Assembly (NCBI GenBank): GCA_002633005.1
Contig: NMRA01000279.1
Span: forward strand, 197,233 to 261,232
Source: Phoronis australis
Lineage: Eukaryota; Animalia; Phoronida
Length of the DNA: 64,000 nt
Direction of reading: 5' to 3'
Shown: positions 40,673 through 53,365 of the stretch, piece by piece
Numbering within the stretch: the stretch's first letter is position 1
Layout: each line of letters begins with the position of its first letter
Program-made: the position numbers and the translations under genes
Notes under the pieces: model-generated
Told to the model about the DNA's origin: nothing
Database searches by the model: none
Seen by the model: the letters and a program-made list of their open reading frames with translations, nothing else

Positions 40673-40885
40673 AGGAGGCTGATTACCTTGTAGACATGGT
40701 TCTGTGTTGATTACTGTTGCCTTGGTGAAGATGTACTATCCATGGAGCAACAGGAAATGATGTCAACGGCCCAAGAAAGGGCCAGCATCCATGTCATACA
40801 CTCTATTGAACACAAAAGCTTGGCAGTAAAAGAGTTAATGCTTGCGGTGGTATTTCTCTTCCTCATTGTTATCTTGTGTTTTCAG

Positions 40886-41032
40886 AGCCTGAAGTCGTAG
40901 GCTTTATTGAGGGTGTCAAGGGCTGTGGTACGACAAGAAAGGAACGTGCAGGCAGTCTCAAGTCTCGTCTGGTGGTGGGCGGGCTGTCAGCGTGGTCCAT
41001 GGACACAATGGGCATTGAACTGTGTAACAAAG
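40886..41032 (+). CDS. OSBPL6: OSBPL exon 6 (EPEVVGF...LSAWSMDTMGIELCNK)
   Basis: gttttcag / gtgagt, 147 nt, phase 1-1, open reading frame. Confidence 0.85.
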
Positions 41033-41460
41033 GTGAGTTGTGGGTGCACAAGAGGAGAGAGGGTGCGGCCAGTCACTGGACACATCAGCATGCACCTCTA
41101 AATGGGGAATAGAAGGGACCTCCTTTTTGCCAAATAATGTTGTTGCTGGGAAAGCTTACGTTGACATGCAACTCAAACCTTCACTAGCACAACTCACTAC
41201 AAAAGTTGTATTGTGTATCCCCTCTAAACATAGGAGAAATGTGGCTGTGATTTCATCTTGTTAAATTGTCTTTATCTTTGAAGTTGAGACCTATGTTGTA
41301 GCCCCTGGTATAATGTGGACTGAGATAATGCCCACTTTTAGTCGGAAAGTATTCTCATTACAGTAGGCAGTTTGAATTGTAGATGGTTGCATATAGTCTG
41401 TGTTGGGAACAAAGCAACAGTTAAGGAACTTCAAGAGAAAATCTAACTTTTTGTTTCTAG

Positions 41461-41558
41461 ATTTGTTGAACGTCCAAAACAAGATATCTGTGCTATCCCA
41501 CACTCTTGATCAACTTAACAGCATTCCTATGGTGAACTTTGTGGACACAAATGTTGAG
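41461..41558 (+). CDS. OSBPL6: OSBPL exon 7 (DLLNVQNKISVLSHTLDQLNSIPMVNFVDTNVE)
   Basis: ttttgtttctag / gtaggt. Phase 1-0 bridges exon 6 to exon 8. Helical/coiled-coil character. Confidence 0.85.
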
Positions 41559-41561
41559 GTA

Positions 41562-41783
41562 GGTCATGCTGTGTGATGTTACAAAGGTCTTGTGTTGTAA
41601 TGTCTTGAAGGTCGTATGGTTTAATGTCTTGAATGTCGTACGGTGTAATGTCTTTAAGGTCATGCGGTATAATGTAGTGAATGTCATGTGGCGTAATATC
41701 ATGAAGGTTATGCGGTTGTGCGATGTAATGTCACGAAGTTTATGCGGCATAATGTCGTGAAGGTCATGCAGCATAATGTCATG
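41562..41783. repeat. 24-bp minisatellite, ~9 degenerate copies, directly after the exon 7 donor
   Basis: aggtcatgcggtataatgtcntga units. Confidence 0.85.
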
Positions 41784-42742
41784 ATACACACGAGTGCACG
41801 CACAGTACTTGGCAAGTTTAATCAGTCAAAATGACCCAGAATTCTCTGTCATGATGGGTGAATGTGAGCGGTATTCACCACCACCAGCTGCACATTTCTC
41901 AGATTATTCTTGACATTTGGGAAATTAGACGTGGAATGTTGTTATGCATAGATGCAAGATTTTTCGCATCATAACTCGGAATAAGTGTTTGGACCTGCTG
42001 CAATGGTATCCTAACTAAAAGTCTGGTGTATGCTTTGGATACACAAACTTGAACAGGTCTAGGAAAATTGGCACAGTGCCAGAAGTTATGGTAAAAATTC
42101 CTGTGCTTGGGACGCAATATGGCGGAAAGGTGTAATTTCATTTTGTCAAATTTCTCCATATAATAACTTTTCAGGAAAATTTATTTTGCTTTGAGCACAG
42201 TTTGTATGGTGTAGATATTACCATGCAACATGTGGTAAAATTTTGAGTATTTGCGACAATGTTTTAAGCCTCAGAAAAGTAGAAAAATGGAAGTTTTAGC
42301 CATTATTTCCGTCCCAAATTTGAGAGTTTTCCCTGTAATTATGCATTTGGATGCATTCTTTAGTAGAACAATTAACACATGTCGCATACTTGAGCAGCGT
42401 TTTATTTCTACTGTGCGATGCCACTGCACAGCTCACAGTTCAAAAGGAAGTGTCTTAAAAAGACACCAGGAAGGTGACTTTGTATTGCTGTGCAGAAAGG
42501 CTGTTTTAACTTACAATTAAGTAATTAAGAATTGTAATTGTAAAATATAGTTTTCACTTAATGCATGACTTGCTACTAATTACTCTGTGGGGAAATGGTC
42601 TTCCTCTGCAATTCCATATTTGGATGTCTGAACTGATGATGAGCATCAGTCCATTCCGTATGCATCATAGCCATATGTATCATATCCATACTTGAAATAA
42701 TTGCTTTAGTCTCCTAACATATTTACCATTGAAGCACAACTT

Positions 42743-43884
42743 TTAGATCAGACCGTCTTCAATTGCCCATTTGTACATTCCAAGAAAGCGTGCCGCGTTG
42801 CGGTCATTTCCCATGATGGCTTGACTCATCAGCTCGGGCAGGATGGGCGAGTCTGGATGTACAAGAACGCCCTCTGGCAGGTCCTCTTGTTTCATTAACA
42901 TAAACGGCAGAGCATGTATCCCATTAGATATACCGTGACCACGCGTACGCAGGAAGTTGTCATATAACTCGTCAAAGGTGAAGGTCAACCCAGTTTTCAA
43001 CCTGTCCATTTCTTGCTGAAGATGATTGTGATAGATGCGCAGAAACTCATGTAAATTGTCGCCTTCGAAGATATAAGGGACACAGAGTAGAAGGAAGTTG
43101 GCTATGTCGGTCATTGGCGAGGTGTACTGGACGTGTTGAAAATCAACAAGTTTCACGGCGACCGGACTTTTTGATTTCACGTCATATCTGAACAACATGT
43201 TTCTATGTGTACAGTCCCGTAGACATATTGTGGCGTATGGTTCTTCGGGTATCGTTGTGCGATTGCAGACGGACAGGATATCGAAATCTTCTAAGTTCTT
43301 CACATGCGATTTGAGTTCATCGCTCAAGTTTGATTGCTTGACGACCTGAATTACACACGCCCTGTTCTGCACGAATACAGGTTGTAGTTTTTGAAACATA
43401 GCATCACTGATGAAGTTATTTGTAAAAATGTATGGGAAGTTTTCACGCAGCGATGACAGACCGCTTGATTTTAGCGCATATCCAATAGAGTGGAAACGCG
43501 CCAGAGCCTGAAGGGCGATCTTACAATGATCGTGGTCCAGCCCTCTGTTGAAATCCACTTTCTGATAACCCTCTTGTGTCAGGTCGTTCATTGCTATCAT
43601 GCTGTGTTTCTCATCTAGGACATATCCTACGAGCTTTGCAAAAGGATTTTCTGGCAGAGGTGGAATCCCTTGTTGTCGTTCGTATGTCTCTATTGCCGGT
43701 AAAATTTCGGCATAAGTCATAGATTCTTTGAAGAAGTATTTTTCTTGTTCAATGAAATTCGTCAGGTCTCCACTGTCTGTAGATGATACGTTTGTTTTGA
43801 TTATCAGGTGGTGACTTTGTCTCGCGCCATTTTTGCTTTGCGACGATACAGTGACTTTGAATATCTTGCTCAATAGATTCTCCC
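42743..43884 (-). CDS. Ecdysteroid-kinase-like (EcKL/CHK, DUF227-type) protein, coding exon 2, nested antisense in an OSBPL intron
   Basis: 376-aa ORF with LIIK, FFKESMTYAEILP, IAMNDLTQEGY, GLDHDHCKIALQALARFHS, LRDCTHRNMLF and LVDFQ..YTSPMTDIANFL. Acceptor ccacag at 43886-43885, phase 1. Confidence 0.93.
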
Positions 43885-45179
43885 CTGTGGGTTATAAATT
43901 TATAAACAGCCATGTAAATACTAACATTGAGCTGTGATTAACTATTATCTCAAAGAGATGCTCTCATTTTTCATCGCTTTGGGACACATTAGTAGCTAAC
44001 ATTTCAAAAAATTGAAGGCAATCACAATTATGTTAGATGCTTTTGTCTGAAATTGATCAGTCTTGCTGTAAAGCTTCTATCGTAGAGCAAAGTGTTCTAA
44101 AATCTTGAGTATTTCTCAAGTTCTTATTGTAATTCTTTACTGATTTCGCATAAAAATAATCGTCAAAATGGTTATTTTCCATATTTCAATAGCTGATTAC
44201 CCTTTTGCAAATAATAGGAATGAACTTCAAAATCAGCGCATAAATTATGTAAACAAAGATATTGTATTAATCGACGTTTCGGTTTATTGTCACTAAACCA
44301 TTCGCAAGTGACACTAAACTGAAACATTTGATTAAATACAAGGTTTTTATTTGCTTGAACACTGATTTTGAAAATTGTACTCATACTTTGGCAAAAAAGC
44401 AAACGTGGTATTATAATGGAAACTATAGCTGTTTTATGACATCTACAGGCTGCAAAACTGTTCTTGTAATAGCTTCGATGTTCTTAGTCTTTACTTTTGT
44501 GGATAAATTTGACAAAATAGAATTTCACTTGTCGGCCATATTGTGTGCTAAATAAATGAATGTCATAGTCTCTGCTGGATTCCCACAGCCTCACCCATCT
44601 TTAAATTTGCGTATATTAAGCTTTTTTCATTTTTGTGATGCGTTTATTCTGGTTTAGACAATAATTGGTAAATAATAATAGCAACTCTGCTGTGTTCTGT
44701 AGACCCAAGACACTTGTGAAGCATTTGCCGAGAGAAATATTCGCTTATGGAATGGAAATCAGGGCTTGGCTTTTAAGAGTATTTCCTGTTATTTTATTTC
44801 CAGTTTCCTCTTTTTTCTCATGCAAAAACATTTATTTCAGTTAAATTTTACAACACAAAAAATATTTCTATCACACAAGCCTATTTATTTATGGGACGAT
44901 ACATCACCTGGAAAATTTACCTCTTTTTGTCATTGGCCATTCTAAGCCCTGGGAAGTAGTGAGTTCTATCTTGAATTCGACATTCCAATTGCATCTACTA
45001 AGCACTCCATCTCATCGACCAATCACTTAATCTTAATCTATTATCAAGTTCAGACCATATTTTGCAAAACACTTGTCTTTCACGCGCCAGATTCTGCGTG
45101 GTCTTTCCTGATCTAGTTTTTTTTTAGAGATCCTTGCATCTATAGAGCACAACCCCAATTCCCTCACTTTTCCACCTAC

Positions 45180-45312
45180 CTGGTTTGGTTGCTGGCTCTA
45201 TTTTCATGTCCGTTATAAACTGGGTGTCTGGTTCAGAATCGCGGAACAAGAATGTGTGTACAATTTCCTTTGTTACGATACCAGCCTCTGACGATAGGTC
45301 TTCCGAAGCCAT
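45180..45312 (-). CDS. EcKL-like protein, coding exon 1 (MASEDLSSEAGIVTKEIVHTFLFRDSEPDTQFITDMKIEPATKP)
   Basis: Acceptor ccttttag just upstream of the ATG (exon starts 45319), donor G|gtaggt, phase 1. Splicing gives ATKPGENLLSKIFKV, the EcKL N-terminal GxNxxS motif. Total 424 aa. Confidence 0.88.
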
Positions 45313-48300
45313 TTTCTTCCTAAAAGGGGCAGGTATTAACATGAAGGTGAATGTGTTGTGCGTGATACACAAGGAAACTTGACAAGTTCACTCAAATAAT
45401 CACGTTCATGTTGATAAAAATTTGCTTTGTGCAAAATCGAATTACTGGTACATGTTTATAAAATAAGGTAAATTTGAACCAATCTTTTTTCAACTATTGG
45501 CAATCTTATTCACCACACAATAATTGATTTAACCATTCACATATTCCTCCGATTCTCTGACATAAGTTTCGGTAAAGGTGAAAGTGGGTGACCATGAGGC
45601 CAATAATTACAAAAATTCCTTACACTGAACAAAACATTTCAACTGATTACTCAAGTTCATGCACACACTATCTTGAGATTAAGCAGGATTCCAAGTTCAA
45701 GCACAGCAAATGAGCACACAGCGATAAATGATTTCTTTATGTACAGCCCAGTGGCGGTTACCATATAAAATTCTGTCTGGTGTTGTTCTTTGGACGTATG
45801 CCATGGCTGAAAAAAACAATTCATGGACCAGTTCCCATGTTTGTTTTGTGGAAGTGGGCAAACACATTCTATGATTGTGCTAGTTTTCGAAAGGTATCAT
45901 GGCATCTCACATGCCTCCTGGGGGCCATTATTATAATTTGTTTGTTCTTTGATATCCTTCTCTCCAGCTCAGTCGGACAAACCATTCTAAGAATCACGAT
46001 GAAAATTGGTATACATGTGTTCCTACTGGGAAGAGCATAGCTGACAATGGTTTGTGGATAATTTGACTGCTGTGGCACGCCCTAATGGCAGTTCTTCTAC
46101 TATTTTCGCATCCACAGCTTTTTTTCTTGGACCCCTGCAGGATTTTTGTAAAATTTAGCACGTGTATTTTTATTTTCCTGATGAATGTGATAACGGTTGA
46201 CAATGACTTGTGGATGTATCTAACTACGGCTGTGGCTTTAGGGGCAATTTTAGTTTTTTATGGTTTTGGCAGGTGCGTTCCTAATGAGGAGAGCATTGTA
46301 GAATTGCTATGCGCCCCCTAGAGGCCATTTTATTGGGAATGTTTAAGATAGTAATCATCCCTTGTATCTATGAAATAGACGATGCACACATGATGGGCTG
46401 TGGGTGTATATCAGCACTTTAGCATCGCTATGGGACTAAATGTCTTGTCAGTAACATCTACAGATTTTCTGACCAGTTAATTAGGCAAATATGCCAAATT
46501 TGAAAATCAACCCAATGCATGCTGTTCTGGTTTCTTTAATTTGATCTGCACATCTCAATTCATCCATTTTTTTGTTATAAAAGTTGCCATTACAGCATGC
46601 TGAGTGTAGACTTCCTCTCTGGGTTTGGTTGGCTCATGTTACAGACCAATCTTGCTCGACTTTACCTCAACATTGTTTCTACATTTTTGTGTTTCTGTTG
46701 TATGTATAGATATATCTTTCTTGCAAAAAACATTGAGAATTCGTTTTTTGAAGCACCAAAATTGGTCCAGTATAACTTGTGTTAGCTTTTTATAATCCTA
46801 GTGCTCTAGTAGACTCTCCAAAACCACACAAGTCACAAACAATAACATCAATCTACCACAGATATGGCTTGAGTGGATTCACTTTGCCTATCCTGTTTGA
46901 TGATGACTCATGTTTCATGCACACTGAGTTTCAATATTTTCCCTAATGCCACAGTTGACTCATTTCCAGGCCAAAACCACCACGTGTGGCCATTATTGTT
47001 GTTTGTGGCAAACATTAGTAATTTGCTAATGCAAAATGAGTTCTACTGGTTTTATGATATTGACAGAATGGTATTAGTTGATAAATGTTTTATCAGTGGC
47101 ACTTACAGACTGCTGAGAGTGCAGGGTCTCCTGACATTGTACCTCAGAATTTCGAACAAAAACTTGCCAGATTTGCTAAAACCAGGTTAAATTTACTTCC
47201 AGCAGATAGTTGCACCTATTCAGATCATCAGCTTAAGCATTAGACCTAATACCAGCAACTGAGACATTGTACTTTTCCTTAGTTCGTTACCTCCTGGACT
47301 TCACCTGACCCAGTTGACTCCAGTATGTATGTAGGTCAGCTTTGGTGTCCTGATTTGTCTGACCTAGTTGTTTTCCTGTGATTGTGTTCCAGTAATGTTC
47401 TCAGCATGAATATGCCCTAGTGAGACTTGTCCATTGTCTTGTAGCTCTTGTTTGGTTGAAATCAAAAAAAAAAACAACAAATATACCCATTTCAAGGGAT
47501 GGTACCACTGAAATATAGTATCAGATCTGCGGAAACAGAATGATTTTTGACATGAAAAAATTCTGACAGAATTCAATATCTTTAAGTTAGTTGCTAATAT
47601 TTCTGTATGTTATTGTTCTTCAATTTAGCGTATACTATCATGGACAACTAGAACATTATTTTGTCAACTTTATCAGAAAAACAGTTTCAATTTTTTATTT
47701 CATTTTATCACTGCAATTAGACAAATAACCTGTCTGTAAATTAGTGTTTAGACAACAAGCAGTTGACGCTCTCGAACATTATACATATCGTTTGATGAGA
47801 ATGAGAAAATAAAATTTCACTTTTCTGCATATATTGCTTTTGGTGAGATTTTACTATACTCCTAAATGGTTTCAATTTTGTTTTTATCTCCCCAGCAAAG
47901 AAATTTCGATTGAATAAGGTTGTGAAGAGAATTTCGATCTGCTCTACATTTTTTCCAAACCATTACTTGTAACAAATGAAAAAGTCATTTTTTAATTATA
48001 AACATTTAGACAAGGTTTAACCTAGATGATGAAGCAAAGTCTTAATAAAGAAAATTATGCGTCATACCTTCAGTGGTCATTCTTGCATTTGAGTATGAAC
48101 TTTTATATGCGGAAACTTATAAATCCGATTTATAAGTCATGGGCTAAGACAAATCGTAAATTTCAGTCAATTGTAAGATAAAAAGTAAATTTAGGTTGAA
48201 GTTCGTTTCAAGAAAGAGATCTTCTGTTTGACTTAAGGTTTTGACTCAAGTTTTGTCTTAATTTTGTATCACTTACTGGATGCAGAAGTTTCAAATTTTT

Positions 48301-48616
48301 GAAGTTGAGACAAATCTTAGACTTAAGTAAAAAATGAACTTAAATCAGTTTCTTGGAACGGGCCTCATGGCTTCTGTTCTTAGTATGAAATAAATTTCCA
48401 AGTCTGATTTGTCACCTGGATGTCCGTCTTCTATAAACACATACTGTATCTACTTATTTATTGTATTCTTTAAAATGAGGGCGACTTCTTCAGTGATAAC
48501 ATTGCTTTTCAAGAGGGCCATCACTAGTACAATGTGTAAACAGATATTTAGATGTTTCATATGTACTCACAGCTCATCATCAGATCTTGAAAATTTGTTG
48601 GAACTACTTTTTTCAG

Positions 48617-48781
48617 GCAGTGGATATTGAAGCCGCCGCTCCACAAAAAGTTAAGAAAAAGTTCTCACTGATGAAGTCGCGACACAAGAAGACAGACAGT
48701 GGTTCCAGCTCCGCGTCAGCGGGAAGTGCGTCGTCATCTGGGTTCAACTCATCAAGTGTCAGTAGCGGCTCAACGAATCTG
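48617..48781 (+). CDS. OSBPL6: OSBPL exon 8, copy A (AVDIEAAAPQKVKKKFSLMKSRHKKTDSGSSSASAG...STNL)
   Basis: ttttcag / gtgagt, 165 nt, phase 0-0. Duplicated at 51327. Confidence 0.85.
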
Positions 48782-50775
48782 GTGAGTAGAGGGCATTCAA
48801 CGGGGCGTAGATTGAGTCGTATTCAGTCATTCATTGGAGGCTTTCTAAAGAGCACTGTGGTGATTATATTGCCTCTGAAGAAGTTGAGCTAAACATCCCC
48901 TACCTTATTAAAATTTCAATTTTGATGAATAGACATAAACCAAAAGTTTTAGGATCTGAAATTGTCTTGATTTATTTTGCTGAGTCAGTGAAATGGCAGT
49001 GAAATTACAGTCCTGCATGTGTAACTAGGGCCTTAGATCAAGTCTCTGAACCCAAACTCCAAACTCTGAATTGTTTTTTACCTTCTGTCCTACTTTAAAG
49101 GGACGTTATCAATTTTACGGCTGAAAAAACAAAATTTTAAGATTATTGAGGGATGGGATATACTTCTGGAAGTTTTCACCTTTGGCCAGAGTTATAAAAC
49201 AACAAAATCTGTTGTCTTTCGTGAATTCATTACAAACTGCCAGACATTTAAAGACAGCTAAATAGTGTTTAAATTCTCGGCCATTGTTCAAGTGAGATTT
49301 AGCTCCACCAGTGGAGTATTGAATTGTGACCTTATAGTTTCAGGGTTCGATTCCGTGCTGGGCTCAGAAAATCACTTTCTCACCGATAATAGTTAATTAT
49401 CTTAAAAGGATACTTAACCCAGTTTAATTTGTGATTTCAAAAAGTTCTCGTTCTGTCACTTGCTAATTCGTCACTGTCATCCCACTTGCGTGATAACAGC
49501 AAAACTCAACTGAAAACACAATGTCATACTCTCTGTGTCGTAGATTGGATATTTTGTAGGTAGTCGATTGCTACATCGCATTACTTTGTTTCATAGAACT
49601 TGATGGGAAAGTTGTTTTTAATACATGTTAATGGACCTTTCCTTTTAAGTTTGGACTAAAGTAAAGCAGAAAATGTCAAAAAATAATTTGAAGGTTGAGT
49701 TCAGAGATCAAACTTACATGAAATTTAAACGATTTTAAATTACTTGTAATTATATACTTTTAGTTTATCAGCATTTTGAATCTTAATAATTTGAACATCA
49801 GAAGTTTGAATTGCGCACATATAAAATGAATTTTAAACACCATTGAAAAACTGGCAGCTAAATCTGTCTGTCAAAACGCCTCATTTCTGTTCTTTCTAAA
49901 AGTGAAGAATTTTACAGTAGACTATAATGGGTCTTAATAAATGTCGCTATGGTGACTGTTGATGAGAACTGCCCACAATTCGTTGATTCATATGTACGTG
50001 TATGTTCGGCCGTTTTACATCAAACAGCTTCGACTTCACCGACGCCATTTTACGACTAACAGCATCGTAAGTAGAGTGTGAGTGGAACGTGAGAGAGGTC
50101 ACTTCCCTTTTGTCATCACACTGGTAGTCGTTCTTTGGAACATGCGGTAAAATCTCACCAATGGAGGACCCGATACGACGGGCAAGAAAGTTTTTATTTT
50201 CCTGATTTTTCAAAAAAGCGTGGTAGTTACAAATTAACGCTTTACTCTGATCTCGAAAAATTCTGAGCATTTTCAACAATGTTGGAATCCCTTGGAAATG
50301 AAAAACGGGGAGTTTGGCTATTATTTTTGTCCAAAATTTGTGAGGCTCTACCGCAACTCACACAGTCATTATTTGTAACATGCATTTTTTCTTCTGCTGT
50401 AGCGTTTCATTGTTTGTTTGCGTCATATTGCCATCAAATCATCAGTATTATTAAATTTGCCTGTTGCAACTGTATAATATTCTTACCAATGGCAGCTACT
50501 ATTGTTTCGTTCAAACAAAATTTAGATTTTGGTGTTTGAGTGGTTTAATTTTTATTTCTTTAATAACTTGAATTTATGGCTTTTACTTGAGGTTTATGAT
50601 CTCGCTCTACACTGTAGAGGTTGACAATGGCCTATTTACAGATAAAAAAAATTGATGCACCAACACCCACTAGTGGAGATTGAAGACATATCCTTTATCA
50701 TCGCCATGTTTTAATGGTAGAAATGTTATTTCATTTTTTTTGCATATTATTGACTTCCCATAATCCATTGCACAG

Positions 50776-50808
50776 GAAGCATCTCCTCGCAGCGGTAAAA
50801 AGGTCAAG
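50776..50808 (+). CDS. OSBPL6: OSBPL small exon 9, copy A (EASPRSGKKVK)
   Basis: cattgcacag / gtgact, 33 nt, phase 0-0. Short, with no homology support. Confidence 0.5.
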
Positions 50809-51326
50809 GTGACTTGTCTCCCGCTTCGCTACTTTGTGTTCCAATTTTCTAGTTGTTTTTTCGACTTGTCTGAACTTATTCAGAAATGTCAACTAGATGA
50901 GAATGCCATTGTATAAACTACTGTAGTACTAGTATGCCACTCAGGGAAGAAAAATACCAAAGATGTCTGTGTAGAGTTAAAACGAATAAANTAGAAGTTT
51001 CAAATTTTGGAAGTTGAGACAAATCTTAGACTTAAGTAAAAAATGAACTTAAAATCAGTTTCTTGGAACGGGCCTCATGACTTCTGTTCTTAGTATGAAA
51101 TAAATTTCCAAGTCTGTTTTGTCACCTGGATGTCCATCTTCTATAAACACATACTATATCTACTTATTTATTGTATTCTTTAAAATGAGGGTGACTTCTT
51201 AAGTGATAACATTGCTTTTCAAGAGGGCCATCACTAGTACAATGTGTAAACAGATATTTAGATGTTTCATATGTACTCACCGCTCATCATCAGATCTTAA
51301 AAATTTGTTGAAACTACTTTCTTCAG

Positions 51327-51491
51327 GCAGTGGATATTGAAGCCGCCGCTCCGCAAAAAGTTAAGAAAAAGTTCTCACTGATGAAGTCGCGACACAAGAA
51401 GACAGACAGTGGTTCCAGCTCCGCGTCAGCGGGCAGTGCATCGTCATCTGGGTTCAACTCATCGAGTGTCAGTAGCGGCTCAACGAATCTG
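51327..51491 (+). CDS. OSBPL6: OSBPL exon 8, copy B (same peptide as copy A)
   Basis: Intact splice sites. Four nucleotide differences from copy A, all synonymous. Confidence 0.8.
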
Positions 51492-53332
51492 GTGAGTAGA
51501 GGGCATTCAACGGGGCGTAGATTGAGTCGTATTCAGTCATTCATTGGAGGCTTTCTAAAGAGCACTGTGGTGATTATATTGCCTCTGAAGAAGTTGAGCT
51601 AAACATCCCTTACCTTATTCAAATTTCAATTTTGATGAATAGACATAAACCAAAAGTTTTAGGATATGAAATTGTCTTGATTTATTTTGCTGAGTCAGTG
51701 AAATTACAGTCCTGCATGTGTAACTAGGTCCCTAGGTCAAGTCTCTGAACCCAAACTCCAAACTCTGAATTGTTTTTTACCTTCTGTCCTACTTTAATGG
51801 GACGTTATCAATTTTATGGCTGAAAAAACAAAATTTTGAGATTATTGAGGGATGGGATATACTTTTAGAAGTTTTTACCTTTGGCCAGAGTTATAAAACA
51901 ACAAAATCTGTTGTCTTTCGTGAATTCGTTACAAACTGCCAGACATTTAAAGGCAGCTAATTAGTGTTTAAATTCTCGGCCATTGTTCAAGTGAGATTTA
52001 GCTCCATCAATGGAGCATTGAATTGTGACCATAGAGATTCAGGGTTTGATTCCGTGCTGGGCTCAGAAAATCACTTTTTATTGTCCCTTTAATACAAACT
52101 CAAGTTCAGTGTCTGATTGTGTACTTGAGTATATTGTGGCGTTCATCCATGTAAACAGTAATATAATATTCAAACATAGAATAATAGTTAATTATCTTAA
52201 AAGGATACTTAACCCAGTTTAATTTGTGAGAAAAGAGCTTTTGGTATAGTTTGACGACTGTTGATCAAACTTACATGAATTTTAAACGATTTTAAATTAC
52301 TTGTAATTATATACTTTTAGTTTATCAGCATTTTGGAATTTTAATAATTTGAATATCAGAAGTTTGAATTGCACACATAGAAAATGAAGTTTAAACACCA
52401 TTGAAAAAGTGGCAGCTAAATCTGTCTGTCAAAACGCCTCATTTCTGTTCTTTCTAAAAGTGAAGAATTTACAGTAGACTATAATGGGTCTTAATAAATG
52501 TGGCTATGGTGACTGTTGATGAGAACTGCCCACAATTCGTTGATTCATATGTACGTGTATGTTCGGCCGTTTTACATCAAACAGCTTCGACTTCACCGAC
52601 GCCATTTTACGACTAACAGCATCGTAAGTAGAGTGTGAGTGGAACGTGAGAGAGGTCACTTCCCTTTTGTCATCACACTGGTAGTCGTTCTTTGGAACAT
52701 GCGGTAAAATCTCACCAATGGAGGACCCGATACGACGGGCAAGAAAGTTTTTATTTTCCTGATTTTTCAAAAAAGCGTGGTAGTTACAAATTAACGCTTT
52801 ACTCTGATCTCGAAAAATTCTGAGCATTTTCAACAATGTTGGAATCCCTTGGAAATGAAAAACGGGGAGTTTGGCTATTATTTTTGTCCAAAATTTGTGA
52901 GGCTCTACCGCAACTCACACAGTCATTATTTGTAACATGCATTTTTTCTTCTGCTGTAGCGTTTCATTGTTTGTTTGCGTCATATTGCCATCAAATCATC
53001 AGTATTATTAAATTTGCCTGTTGCAACTGTATAATATTCTTACCAATGGCAGCTACTATTGTTTCGTTCAAACAAAATTTAGATTTTGGTGTTTGAGTGG
53101 TTTAATTTTTATTTCTTTAATAACTTGAATTTATGGCTTTTACTTGAGGTTTATGATCTCGCTCTACACTGTAGAGGTTGACAATGGCCTATTTACAGAT
53201 AAAAAAAATTGATGCACCAACACCCACTAGTGGAGATTGAAGACATATCCTTTATCATCGCCATGTTTTAATGGTAGAAATGTTATTTCATTTTTTTTGC
53301 ATATTATTGACTTCCCATAATCCATTGCACAG

Positions 53333-53365
53333 GAAGCATCTCCTCGCAGCGGTAAAAAGGTCAAG
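53333..53365 (+). CDS. OSBPL6: OSBPL small exon 9, copy B (EASPRSGKKVK)
   Basis: Identical to 50776-50808. Confidence 0.5.

Noticed and set aside
41562-41783. Regularly spaced 24-bp repeats resembling a CRISPR or a repeat protein
   Set aside because: Contiguous degenerate units without unique spacers, in a eukaryotic intron, with no cas genes. This is a minisatellite.
48573-48616. Longer upstream acceptor for OSBPL exon 8
   Set aside because: Wrong phase for exon 7, and in the duplicate copy the AG is lost and a stop is present.
49300-49370. GGTTCGATTCC B-box suggesting a tRNA gene
   Set aside because: No acceptor or anticodon stems could be formed, and the B box is mutated in the duplicate (~52042). 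At most a SINE remnant.
49947-53096. Identical 110-aa and 86-aa ORF pairs appearing twice
   Set aside because: They are intronic sequence copied by the tandem duplication, with no recognisable domain or splice support.
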